A stretch of 32,000 nt of DNA from assembly GCF_900187275.1 (NCBI RefSeq), contig NZ_LT906458.1, positions 1,230,001-1,262,000 on the forward strand. The letters run 5' to 3'. Below, one piece after another: positions 1 to 9,799 of the stretch (positions are counted from its first letter, which is position 1; each line of letters starts with the position of its first letter). The position numbers and the translations under genes were made by a program. This stretch comes from Pasteurella multocida (GTDB taxonomy: Bacteria; Pseudomonadota; Gammaproteobacteria; Enterobacterales; Pasteurellaceae). Under the pieces are notes generated by a model. It saw only the letters and a program-made list of their open reading frames with translations. It was not told the DNA's origin and ran no database searches.

Positions 1-1187
1 GGTGTCTCGGCACGGAACACTGGACGCACTTCCTCTGAGGTCGCATTTGTTGACTTCCCTTTCGTTTGTTGTCCCTTCAAAATTTGCTCTAATGGCAACA
101 CCGTCAAATTGTTTCCACTATTGCCATCCAACATCACTTTTGGTGTATTCGCCATCACTTTTTCCATGGTTTGAATATACAAACGTTCACGTAATAACTC
201 CGGTGCCGCTTTAAACTCTGGCAGCAAACGTTCGAAACGTTCCACTTCCCCTTTGGCATCTAACACCACACGATCTTTATAGGCAGTCGCTTCTTCTAGA
301 ATACGCTGTGCATCACCTCGCGCAATTGGCTCACGCTCACGTGCATAGGCTTCCGCCTCACGAATATAACGCTGTTCATCTTCTTGCGCTTTAATCGCAT
401 CATCGAACGCATCTTTCACTTCTTCTGGTGGGCGCGCAGATTGGAAGTTCACGTCCACCACTTCGAGTCCCATATTATAAGGCTCAATAATTGTGTTTAA
501 AGTTTTCCACGTGTTTTCACGCACCACTGAACGCCCCGTGGTTAAAATATCATCCATTGACATATGACCAATCACATAACGTAATGCACTGTCTGTGGCT
601 TGATTTAAACTATCATCCGCATTAGTCACACTGAATAAATACTTGGCTGGATCATGAACACGATACTGCACCGTCATTTCTACCTTCACCATGTTTTCAT
701 CTTGCGTTAACATTGAACCCTGTGTTCTTAACTCTTTCACTTGCTCAACGTTCACCGGAATCACGCGGTCAATAAAAGTCGGTTTCCAGTTTAAACCCGG
801 TTGAACAATAGCGTGTAATTCACCAAAACGCATCACCACGCCACGTTCTGCTTCTTTGACAGTATAAAAACCGCTAACGCCCCAGACAATTGCACCAATC
901 ACCGCTGCAATTGGCAATAATTTACCAAGATTTAACGATCCACCAGAATGCGAGTTATTGCGTTTACCGCCATTCCCTGAACCGCCTAATTTTTTCAGCA
1001 GATTATTAAAAATCTCTTCAATATCAGGTGGTGATTGCTCTTGATTGTTTTGCTTACGACCTGACTGGTTATCATTCCAATTCGGCTGACCGCCTTCATT
1101 ATCAGGACGCTGACTCTCAGGTTTTTTCTGTCCGGGTTTGCCCCAAGGATCTTGATCTGAACCGTTCAATGACATTACGTTCTCCAT
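1..1187 (-). CDS. hflK: FtsH protease activity modulator HflK (C-terminus truncated by window edge)
   Basis: Not in ORF track because it runs off the left edge. Reverse-strand translation from ATG at 1187 gives MENVMSLNGSDQDPWGKPGQKKPE..., then a TM segment and a prohibitin/SPFH-like region (ERGVVMRFG..., DVNFQSARPPEEVKDAFDDAIKAQEDEQRYIREAEAYARE), open to position 1. Confidence 0.9.
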   Translation of the reverse strand, partial: MENVMSLNGSDQDPWGKPGQKKPESQRPDNEGGQPNWNDNQSGRKQNNQEQSPPDIEEIFNNLLKKLGGSGNGGKRNNSHSGGSLNLGKLLPIAAVIGAIVWGVSGFYTVKEAERGVVMRFGELHAIVQPGLNWKPTFIDRVIPVNVEQVKELRTQGSMLTQDENMVKVEMTVQYRVHDPAKYLFSVTNADDSLNQATDSALRYVIGHMSMDDILTTGRSVVRENTWKTLNTIIEPYNMGLEVVDVNFQSARPPEEVKDAFDDAIKAQEDEQRYIREAEAYAREREPIARGDAQRILEEATAYKDRVVLDAKGEVERFERLLPEFKAAPELLRERLYIQTMEKVMANTPKVMLDGNSGNNLTVLPLEQILKGQQTKGKSTNATSEEVRPVFRAET

Positions 1188-1371
1188 TTGTCAAAAAATT
1201 GTTACTTGTTTAAACAAATTCCCACAGTCTAAACAAAATGTTGGATTAAGTCTAACGAAACTCGTTACTAAATGGGGATATTTTTTATGATTTAAAGTGC
1301 CGCCAATAAAAACGCACAATGGTCTCATTTTTACGGCTTACTACCTGACTTTTGTCCTATCGCTTTGTCGG

Positions 1372-2094
1372 TCATGTTTTTTCATTCACCTTATAATAAA
1401 TGGCGTCGTGTAAGGTGGTTTCCGCTAATATTCCCCTCTGCCAAGTAAAATAGTGCACATCTAAGCACTGTGTTTGGTTAATAAAAAAAGCCAAGTAAAA
1501 CGGCAAGCGGTGACTAAAGAGGAGTTGACCCGCAGGACAGTGTTGTGACTGAATTTGGCGTAACAAGGGATCATGTTGGACAGACGATAACTTTACAATC
1601 CCGACCCCTTGTGATTTCAGCACAGCTTCACGTAAGCACCAAGACAAATAAAAACTCTTTTCTTTCTCTTGCTGTTGAGCAAACCACGCTTGCTCTGAAG
1701 GTGAGGCAAAATAAGCCAACAACGCTGGATAATCGCGTTCTTTCTGCGGTGATTCAATATCAATCCCGACAATACTGTTTCCTTGCGTATTGACACGCAA
1801 AATGACGGCAACCCAATCGCCCGAATGGCTAATATTAAAATCGACATCGTGCACAGGTAACTGAGGGCGACCACTCTGGCTATAATCAATGTGCTTTAAA
1901 AGTGCGGTCGGTTTTTGTGAAATTTTCAGTAATTGCCATAACAAAAAATGCGCCACCCAACGACAACGATGCCGTTTCTGCACACGTTGATTGCTAGATT
2001 GTGGTTGGCGCAATTTCTCAATCAGTAATTCACGGGGAATGCTATCGAGAGGATAAGTGTCATTGATATTGCCGTAAGCAATGAAGGTTGTCAT
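1372..2094 (-). CDS. 4'-phosphopantetheinyl transferase superfamily protein
   Basis: 240-aa ORF with PPTase motifs: [24 protein letters not shown] and [19 protein letters not shown] (WxxKEA-like). Confidence 0.85.
   Translation of the reverse strand: MTTFIAYGNINDTYPLDSIPRELLIEKLRQPQSSNQRVQKRHRCRWVAHFLLWQLLKISQKPTALLKHIDYSQSGRPQLPVHDVDFNISHSGDWVAVILRVNTQGNSIVGIDIESPQKERDYPALLAYFASPSEQAWFAQQQEKEKSFYLSWCLREAVLKSQGVGIVKLSSVQHDPLLRQIQSQHCPAGQLLFSHRLPFYLAFFINQTQCLDVHYFTWQRGILAETTLHDAIYYKVNEKT
1900..1908 (+). repeat. DNA uptake signal core AAGTGCGGT; exact copies also at 3369, 7346, 16592, 17762, 18883, 21195, 23094, 29026 and 30156 (+), and as ACCGCACTT at 23269, 25585 and 30088 (-)
   Basis: Exact 9-mer matches found by eye; the list may be incomplete. 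Confidence 0.85.
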
Positions 2095-2175
2095 GTCGAG
2101 CTTTCCCTTGTGCTACGAAGCCCACTCGTACTGGCGTGAAATAAATGATGCATCATCTGATGTTGGATATGCTAT

Positions 2176-2198
2176 GCCCTCTCTAAATCAGAGAGGGC
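2176..2198 (-). terminator. Hairpin downstream of thrC, possible terminator without a clear U-tract
   Basis: GCCCTCTCT-aaatc-AGAGAGGGC, 9-bp perfect inverted repeat 8 nt beyond the thrC stop. Confidence 0.5.
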
Positions 2199-2206
2199 GA
2201 AGGACG

Positions 2207-3481
2207 TTAAGCTAACAAATACGCACGTAATTTCGCAAAATCATTTTCCATGATATCCGAAAGCAACGGTAAAGCCGCGTGTTTTGCTAATGCATCGGGT
2301 AAAGGTAATTCAAGCGCTAAAATACGTTCAACACTTTCTTTAAATTTCGCAGGATGTGCCGTACAGAGGAATAAGCCGGTTTCACCTGGCTGTAAATCTT
2401 GTTTTAACACACGATAAGCCACCGCACCATGTGGTTCACACAAGTACCCTTTGGCATACATGGCTTTTAAGGTTTGTTCCGTTTCATTGTCATTTACGGC
2501 ATCAGAATGCAAATCTGATAGCGCCCAACCATTGCGTTTAAATAACTCTTCAACCCGTGGCCAGTTATTTGGACGACTCACATCCATTGCATTGGATAAC
2601 GTCGCCACCGTGTCATGCGGTTGCCAATTACCACTGCGTAAATAACGCGGTACGGTATCATTCACATTGGTTGACGCCACAAAACGTTTAATTGGCAAGC
2701 CTAAAGACTTGGCGATTAAGCCTGCGGTCAGGTTACCAAAGTTACCACTTGGTACCGATACCACAAGATTATCGCGTGCCGCTTTTGGTAATTGCGCAAC
2801 CGCCTCAAAATAATAACAAACCTGCGCTAATAAACGGCTGATATTGATCGAATTTGCTGAGTTTAAGCCAATCGCTTGACGCAACTCTGCATCATCAAAC
2901 GCTTGTTTCACTAATGCCTGACAATCATCAAAATCCCCGTTGATTGCAATCGTACGAATATTGCCACCAAGCGTACAGAATAACTTTTCTTGTAGCGGGC
3001 TGATTTTGCCTTGTGGATATAAAATCACCACATCAATGTTTTCTAAACCATAAAAAGCGTGAGCAACCGCCGCTCCAGTATCCCCTGACGTTGCCGTTAA
3101 AATCGTAATTTTACCCTCACCACGTACTGTGGCTAAGGCTTGTGCCATGAAGCGACCACCAAAATCTTTGAAGGCTAAGGTTGGACCATGAAATAATTCG
3201 AGTGCATAAACACCTTCTTCCACTTTTGCTACAGGTGCTGGGAAAGTAAAGGCATTTTCTACCATTTTTGCTAACTGGGTTGGCGAAATTTCCTCACCAA
3301 TTAACGCAGATAAAATCTTCTGGCTACGCTCCACCAATGGTAACGCTAACAGCGCATCTATATCCTCAAAGTGCGGTAGGGTTTCTGGAAAAAACAACCC
3401 TTGGTTTTTGCCTAATCCTTGACGTACCGCTTGTGCAAAATTGACTTGTTCTTCTGGATGTTTAATGTTGTATAAATTCAT
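2207..3481 (-). CDS. thrC: Threonine synthase
   Basis: 424 aa; MNLYNIKHPEEQVNFAQAVRQGLGKNQGLFFPE and PLP-lysine context HGPTLAFKDFGGRF; last gene of a thrABC arrangement. Confidence 0.97.
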   Translation of the reverse strand: MNLYNIKHPEEQVNFAQAVRQGLGKNQGLFFPETLPHFEDIDALLALPLVERSQKILSALIGEEISPTQLAKMVENAFTFPAPVAKVEEGVYALELFHGPTLAFKDFGGRFMAQALATVRGEGKITILTATSGDTGAAVAHAFYGLENIDVVILYPQGKISPLQEKLFCTLGGNIRTIAINGDFDDCQALVKQAFDDAELRQAIGLNSANSINISRLLAQVCYYFEAVAQLPKAARDNLVVSVPSGNFGNLTAGLIAKSLGLPIKRFVASTNVNDTVPRYLRSGNWQPHDTVATLSNAMDVSRPNNWPRVEELFKRNGWALSDLHSDAVNDNETEQTLKAMYAKGYLCEPHGAVAYRVLKQDLQPGETGLFLCTAHPAKFKESVERILALELPLPDALAKHAALPLLSDIMENDFAKLRAYLLA

Positions 3482-3500
3482 ATGCTTTTCCGTTATTCAT

Positions 3501-4457
3501 TTAATCGAGCGCTCTCGCACCTTGGTTATCAACTTTACAAATATGCACAAACCCTTCATTGTTTTGTAAATAATGGTTTTCTAAATAAGTGGATAACTTC
3601 ATCGCTGTGCCTAAATCAGGCGCAATCGCGAATATTGTTGGTCCTGAACCCGAGATCCCCGTTGCCAGTGCCCCTAAATCTCGTGTGGCTTGTTTCACGT
3701 CGGCAAAATTAGGTAACAAGGCTTCACGATAAGGTTCCGCAATCACGTCCTTCATCATTAACGCAGCAAGCTGCGCTTGTCGAGTATGACACGCATGTAC
3801 AAAACTGCCTAAATGACGCGCTTGTGAAATCACATCTTGACGCGTATAGCTTTTCGGTAAAATCGCACGGGCTTCTGCCGTGGAGACTTCTATACCGGGA
3901 TAAGCCAACACCCAATACCACTCATCAAAAAAAGGCAATTGTTGGCAAATATTACCTAAAGATTGCACCATCAATTGTACCCCACCTAAATAACAAGGTG
4001 CGACATTATCATAATGGATTGAGCCCGAAATGCGTCCTTCTAGTTCGCCCATCATTTCTAACAGTTCCATTTTAGAAAAAGGTTCAGCATGAAACTTATT
4101 GAGTGCAACCAACGCCGCCACGATAGAACACGCACTCGACCCCAAGCCAGAACCAATTGGCATATTTTTTTCTAACGTTAATCGCAATGGGCGTACAGCT
4201 ATGTTACGCAATTTTAAGCGTTCACTAAATAACACATAAGCTTGATAGACAATATTTTTCTGCGCTTCTTTTGGCAATTTACGCACAAAATATCCCGCAC
4301 TTTCTAGTTCAAATCCGCTAGGCAGTGCCTCAATTTGCACCACATCTCCCAGCAAAGAACCATCAATCGGGGACACCGCGGTCCCCAAGGTATCAAACCC
4401 AACACTTAAATTTGCACTGGATGCTGGTGCATAAATTCTGAGCATATTATTTTCCAT
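3501..4457 (-). CDS. thrB: Homoserine kinase (GHMP family)
   Basis: 318 aa; [26 protein letters not shown] and the GHMP motif [21 protein letters not shown]; lies between thrA and thrC. Confidence 0.97.
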
Positions 4458-4468
4458 GTCATTTCCAA

Positions 4469-6916
4469 TTAATGTTGTAGCGTTCTCAATATATCGGCAA
4501 AAATCCCCGCTGCAGTTACGGAATTTCCCGCGCCATAACCACGTAAAAGTAACGGAATCGGTTGATAATAACGAGTATAGAAGGCTAAAGCATTTTCACC
4601 ATTTTTTACTTTATATAATGGATCATCTGCATCGACTTCCAACACAGAGACTTTACAACTGTTGTTTTCAATTTGTCCCACATAACGCAATACTTTCCCT
4701 TCTGCTTTCGCGTTAGCAACACGTTGGCTAAATTCTGCGTCTAATTGTGGCAACATCGCCATAAATTCCTGTGTAGTCTTCCCTTCAGCAAATCCCGCTG
4801 GGAGCACACTTTCTACCTCAATATCTGTTAATTCCAATTGTGCACCTGTTTCACGCGCTAAAATCAACAGTTTCCTGGCAACATCTTGTCCAGAAAGATC
4901 ATCTCTTGGATCAGGTTCAGTAAACCCTTTTTCACGCGCAAGAGCAGTCGCTTCAGATAACGTGAGTCCGTTTTCTAACTCGCCAAAGATAAAGGACAAC
5001 GACCCCGAGAGTACGCCACTAAACTTGACGACTTCATCACCCGCAGCCAATAAATTCTGCAAGTTTTCAATGACGGGTAACCCTGCGCCAACGTTTGTAT
5101 CATACAAGAATTTACGTTGGTTATTACGGGCACTTTCACGCAGTGCATTATAATACGCAAGTTCACGCGTATTGGCTTTTTTATTTGGTGTCACAACATG
5201 GAATCCTTCTCCCAGTGCACGCACATATAAACCAGCTACAGAATCCGCTGACGTACAATCCACAAATACCGGATTCACGACATGGTGCAATTTAATAAAG
5301 GACAGTAACACATCAAAATCAGAAGGCTGAGTCGCGGTTTCCAAATCTGCTTGCCAATTTTCTAAATTTAAGCCATCTGCTTTTAATAACATTTTGTTTG
5401 AATTGGCAATCGCACACACCCGAATTTCAATATCTTTCTTGGCTAGATAACTTTTCTGATGTTTAATTTGCTCAATCAACTCACCACCGACACCCCCTAC
5501 CCCAACTAAAAAAACATCAACGACCTTTTTATTATTAAAGAGAGCTTGGTGTGTGGCTTTCACGGCTTCAATTGCTTTATTCAGTGCAACCACGGCAGAA
5601 ATTGAACGCTCAGAGGAACCCTGTGCAATAGCAACAATACTGATGTTCGCTTGGGCAAGTGCAGAGAAGAAACGTGCGGCAATCCCTTTGGCTTGCTTCA
5701 TGCCATCACCCACCACCGAAATAATGGATAAGTCACGAATCACATCAATTGGCTCAAGATCATTGGCTTTTAGTTCTTGCTCAAATTCTTTCTCTAACGC
5801 CTGTTTTGCCACCTCAACTGATTTGGCTGGTACACAGAAACTTATACTGTATTCTGAGGAAGATTGCGTAATTAAAATCACTGAAACGCCTGCATTTGAC
5901 ATGGCAGAGAAAACACGTGACGCCATACCTACCATACCTTGCATCCCAGGACCAGACACGTTAAACATCGCCACATTATCTAGATTAGTAATCCCTTTTA
6001 CTTGCAACTGTTCAGATTGAATGTTGCCATCAATAATCGAACCCGGTGCAGAAGGATTGCCCGTATTTTTAATTAAGCAAGGAATGTTAGTTTGCACTAA
6101 TGGTCCAATCGTGCGTGGATGAATCACTTTTGCACCGAAATAAGACAATTCCATCGCTTCGCGATAAGACAAGCTTGGCAATAAGCGAGCATCTGGTACC
6201 AAACGCGGATCACAGGTAAAGACCCCATCTACATCGGTCCAAATTTCACAAGCACTTGCGCCCAAACAAGCGGCTAAACAAGCAGCAGAATAATCGGAAC
6301 CATTACGCCCGAGTAAAACGAGCTCACCTTTTTCATTGCCTGCGGTAAAGCCTGCCATTAACACCACATTTTTGGTTGGAATTGACTTGGCATCAACGCG
6401 TTTTGTCGATTCTTCAATATCCACTGAAGACTCTAAATAGCTCCCGTGTGCTAATAATTTTTCGACAGGATCAATCACAGTCACGTCATAACCGCGAGCT
6501 TCAAACCATGCCTTCATCATCGCAATAGACAGTTTTTCACCACGACAATCAATCGTGGCTTTAACCGCATCCGACACAAAACCTTGTTGACGAATTTCTT
6601 CCAACAACTGGCTGATTTGTGCAAACTCGGTATCAATTAAAGCTTTTGTCCCTTCTAGATCAAAACGATTATTTTCTGCGTGTAAACCATGAATAATGTG
6701 ATAAAAAATCTCAATGGCTTCATTGAAATTGGCATCGGTAGGTTGATTTAAACTGGCTTTTTCAGAAAGGGCGACAAGATGGTTGGTAATTTTTGCAGGG
6801 GCTGATAACACGCCAGCGGCTTGTTCTTCAAAATGGGCTTTTTCGATAAGCTGTGCCGCCTGCGAAAAACGCGCTGGATTGGCTAAAGACGTCCCCCCGA
6901 ATTTTAATACACGCAT
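4469..6916 (-). CDS. thrA: Bifunctional aspartokinase/homoserine dehydrogenase I
   Basis: 815 aa; starts [17 protein letters not shown], with ACT-domain region and a C-terminal homoserine dehydrogenase ([39 protein letters not shown]). Confidence 0.97.
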
Positions 6917-6969
6917 AATAAAATCTCCTCGATGTTGTGAATTTTAAAAATAGAATAAAAATTTTCATA

Positions 6970-7001
6970 AAAAAACCCGCACTTTTTATTCAGTACGGGT
7001 T
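6970..7001 (-). terminator. thr operon attenuator-type terminator
   Basis: Inverted repeat AACCCGCACT (6974-6983) / AGTACGGGTT (6992-7001), one G-U pair on the transcript, followed on the minus strand by a U-run. It lies between the leader peptide and thrA. Confidence 0.85.
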
Positions 7002-7022
7002 TTGTGGAATTCGATCTTTTTG

Positions 7023-7097
7023 TTACGCACTAACCCGCACACTATTGGTAATAATAGTGGTGGTCATAATCATAGTAATCACAGTGCGTTTATTCAT
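7023..7097 (-). CDS. thrL: thr operon leader peptide (24 aa, MNKRTVITMIMTTTIITNSVRVSA)
   Basis: Hand translation of the minus strand from ATG at 7097 to TAA at 7025-7023. It has 6 Thr and 4 Ile codons, directly upstream of the attenuator hairpin and thrA. Confidence 0.88.
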   Translation of the reverse strand: MNKRTVITMIMTTTIITNSVRVSA

Positions 7098-7129
7098 CTT
7101 TTCAATCAAAATTAAAAAACAGTGTGTAA

Positions 7130-7158
7130 GAAATACCGAAATTTATTTAGGTTGTCAA
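7130..7158 (-). promoter_or_regulatory. Candidate thr operon promoter
   Basis: Minus strand TTGACA (7158-7153), 17-nt spacer, weak -10 TATTTC (7135-7130), upstream of thrL. Confidence 0.5.
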
Positions 7159-7271
7159 ACAGAAAATGAAAAAACGGGATAAATTTTTAAAAAGCACTAA
7201 CATCTTGTAATATATCGCCACAAAATTTTATTTTGCCTCAATTTTCCCTATTAAGATGCAGGATGCGCCCG

Positions 7272-7973
7272 ATGACAATCGAACAAAATTTAGCACAAAT
7301 TCAACAAAATATTCAGCACGCGGTCCAACAAGCCAAGCGCCCAGAAAGTGCGGTCAAATTACTCGCTGTTTTAAAAACCAAACCCGTTGAAGATATCTAT
7401 CAAGCCTATCAAGCCGGACAAACCGCGTTTGGCGAAAACTATGTACAAGAAGGCGTGGAAAAAATCCAGTATTTTGCCCAAAAAAATATCCCTCTTGAAT
7501 GGCATTTCATCGGTCCGCTTCAATCAAATAAAACCAAATTAGTGGCAGAACATTTTGACTGGATGCAAACGCTCGACCGCAAAAAAATCGCCGACCGCCT
7601 CAACGAGCAGCGCCCACATTATAAAAAACCACTGAATGTATTAATCCAAATTAACATCAGCGATGAAGACAGCAAATCTGGCATTCAACCCAACGAAATG
7701 CTTGATCTAGCAAAACAGATCCAAAACCTACCGCACTTATGCCTCCGCGGCTTAATGGCTATCCCCGCCCCCACCGACGATCTTGCCACACAAGAACAAG
7801 CATTCACCCAAATGCACAGCTTATTTGAACAACTCAAACAAGCTTTACCCAATGCAAAAATTGATACGCTTTCAATGGGGATGACTGATGATATGGCGAG
7901 CGCCATTCAATGTGGTTCAACAATGGTAAGAATTGGGACAGCAATTTTTGGGGCAAGGGATTATTCGAAATAA
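7272..7973 (+). CDS. yggS: YggS-family pyridoxal phosphate homeostasis protein
   Basis: Start taken at MTIEQNLAQIQQNI. Motifs: VKLLAVLKTKPVEDIYQAYQAGQTAFGENYVQEGVEK, WHFIGPLQSNK and LSMGMTDDMASAIQCGSTMVRIGTAIFG. Confidence 0.95.
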   Translation: MTIEQNLAQIQQNIQHAVQQAKRPESAVKLLAVLKTKPVEDIYQAYQAGQTAFGENYVQEGVEKIQYFAQKNIPLEWHFIGPLQSNKTKLVAEHFDWMQTLDRKKIADRLNEQRPHYKKPLNVLIQINISDEDSKSGIQPNEMLDLAKQIQNLPHLCLRGLMAIPAPTDDLATQEQAFTQMHSLFEQLKQALPNAKIDTLSMGMTDDMASAIQCGSTMVRIGTAIFGARDYSK

Positions 7974-8264
7974 TCTCTTTTTCTTGATTTATAAATAAAG
8001 ATACTGTTCAAAATTTGACAAATTAATAATGGCTTTTTATTATTGATTGTATTAAAAATATACAAAAAAACATTATTAATAGAAATACAATCTCTGATAA
8101 CTATACTGATATAACCTAAATTATTCTTACCGTCAGATAGAGGAAAACTGTCTACATAACTCATAAAAGAAGAATCTCTATCAGGACTCATAAAATAACA
8201 TTGTTACTCTATGATATTTAATAATATTAAGGTGTATATCTACCAAATTTAAGATTCTCTAAAA

Positions 8265-9374
8265 ATGGTATTTATTATGTGTGGAAAAACAAAAAACTCA
8301 GCCTTGATTACAGCTCTAGCCTTCCACTATCAAGTATTGGTTGGCTTAGATAAATGTTTTAAATTAAAAGAAGGAGAGAGTATCTTTTTTGAAAAAGATG
8401 GCGATGTAAGTTTAGTTGGACAAAATGATTCATCATCACTACAAATGGAGATAAAAAATTACTCAGATAGTTTAACTGATAATCATCTAAACTTCTGGAA
8501 AACATTAAAAAATTGGCTACAACCCGAGTTTAACCAAGCTAAATATGGCTACTTAATATTACACACAACACAACCTTTTGGTGTTTCATCTACCCTCAAA
8601 AATTGGAATACTATAGATATTGAAGAAAGACTCGAGCTGATCCGTAAAATCTGTTCTAAAAATGAATCGAGTACATCAGAAGTAGCAAATATACAAAAAG
8701 AAATTATTTCTTCTGACGAGCAATTACTAAGAAAAATACTCGGAAAAATTTATTTGTATACAATCGCAGATAATGGATATGAATTAATAGAAAAAATTAA
8801 ACGCGAATTAAAAGGAATACCTGACAATAATTTATCTTGTTATTTAAATGCGTTGGTTGGCTACCTATATGGAGAGTCAAAAAGTGCTTGTTGGGAAATA
8901 AAATACGAAAGATTCAAGGAGATTCTTATCCATCTTACATCTACCTATGCTCAAAAAACATTTACTTTCCCTAATTTTACTGGTCAATCTGCATCAGAAG
9001 ATGAAATTGATAAAAATAAAACTAAATTATTTGTAACAAAAATCCTAGATATCGACTATGAAGATGTATTGCCAGAAGCTATTGGTAATTGGTTAGAAGT
9101 TGTCAATTCATTAATGCTTGATTTAGATAACTCTCCTATATACCAAAATATGACTAATGATTATCAAAGACAATTAATATCTATGTTCAAAAGTCGATTC
9201 TCTACTGCGAGTCGTAATAAACACAACCCAAAAGATTTATACGATAAGGTAATAGGAACTCCCCCTTCTAGTATGAAAGATCAAGGTACCCCGCATCTAG
9301 CGTATAAAAATGGATTGCTACACCATGCAATGGATGATAGTTTACAAGGACTAAAATGGGATTGCTTAAAATGA
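8265..9374 (+). CDS. Candidate effector of an ABC-three-component-type system; N-terminal restriction-endonuclease-like (Cap4/DUF4297-like) region suspected
   Basis: 369 aa, first gene of a tight three-gene operon. N-terminus has FEKDGDVSL...SSLQMEIKNYSD, compatible with a D...ExK nuclease core, and a following helical region. Alternative start at 8277 (MCGKTK). Family assignment is from memory and genomic context, not a search. Confidence 0.55.
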   Translation: MVFIMCGKTKNSALITALAFHYQVLVGLDKCFKLKEGESIFFEKDGDVSLVGQNDSSSLQMEIKNYSDSLTDNHLNFWKTLKNWLQPEFNQAKYGYLILHTTQPFGVSSTLKNWNTIDIEERLELIRKICSKNESSTSEVANIQKEIISSDEQLLRKILGKIYLYTIADNGYELIEKIKRELKGIPDNNLSCYLNALVGYLYGESKSACWEIKYERFKEILIHLTSTYAQKTFTFPNFTGQSASEDEIDKNKTKLFVTKILDIDYEDVLPEAIGNWLEVVNSLMLDLDNSPIYQNMTNDYQRQLISMFKSRFSTASRNKHNPKDLYDKVIGTPPSSMKDQGTPHLAYKNGLLHHAMDDSLQGLKWDCLK

Positions 9375-9799
9375 ATACTATCAATGCCTTATATTTCATA
9401 AAATATAATCCTTTTAAATATGCTAAATATATTTATAGTTTTTATAAAAGCTTAGAGCCTTACAATAATAACTTACTATTATCTCCTTTAATTATTCCAC
9501 TTTGCACCCATCCTACTTATTCTAAAAAGAAGATAACATCTAGAAGTACTTTATATACTATCTTTCAAGATAAGAAAGAGCTTTATGATCTACAAGAACG
9601 GGTTAATTATTTCAGAGAGTTAACATCAGAAAGCATTCAGTTTTGCCTAGCTAATGATTGGCTATACTTTGATTCAGAAAAACTATCTTTATATACTAAT
9701 GAAGTAGATATTGAAATTGAGCCTTTCCCTAAAAAATTAGGCGACTTATTAAAAGATTATTCCGTAGGAGAAATCTATTTTAATTTAGGAGTAAAATGA
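9356..9799 (+). CDS. Probable ABC-three-component middle component (small protein)
   Basis: 147 aa, in a position between the effector-like gene and the ATPase gene. Overlaps the upstream gene by 19 nt and the downstream gene by 4 nt (ATGA). An alternative start is ATG at 9371. Confidence 0.55.
   Translation: MGLLKMNTINALYFIKYNPFKYAKYIYSFYKSLEPYNNNLLLSPLIIPLCTHPTYSKKKITSRSTLYTIFQDKKELYDLQERVNYFRELTSESIQFCLANDWLYFDSEKLSLYTNEVDIEIEPFPKKLGDLLKDYSVGEIYFNLGVK

Noticed and set aside
2-214. Plus-strand 70-aa ORF at left edge
   Set aside because: It is antisense to the hflK coding sequence, which remains open in the minus frame to position 1.
1028-1213. Plus-strand ORF overlapping the hflK start
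   Set aside because: It is antisense to a clear HflK N-terminus and has no recognisable domain.
5553-6020. 155-aa plus-strand ORF inside thrA
   Set aside because: It is fully antisense to thrA, and antisense shadow ORFs are common in this gene.
6937-7182. Plus-strand 81-aa ORF
   Set aside because: It lies antisense over the thr leader peptide, attenuator and promoter, and the minus-strand features explain the sequence better.
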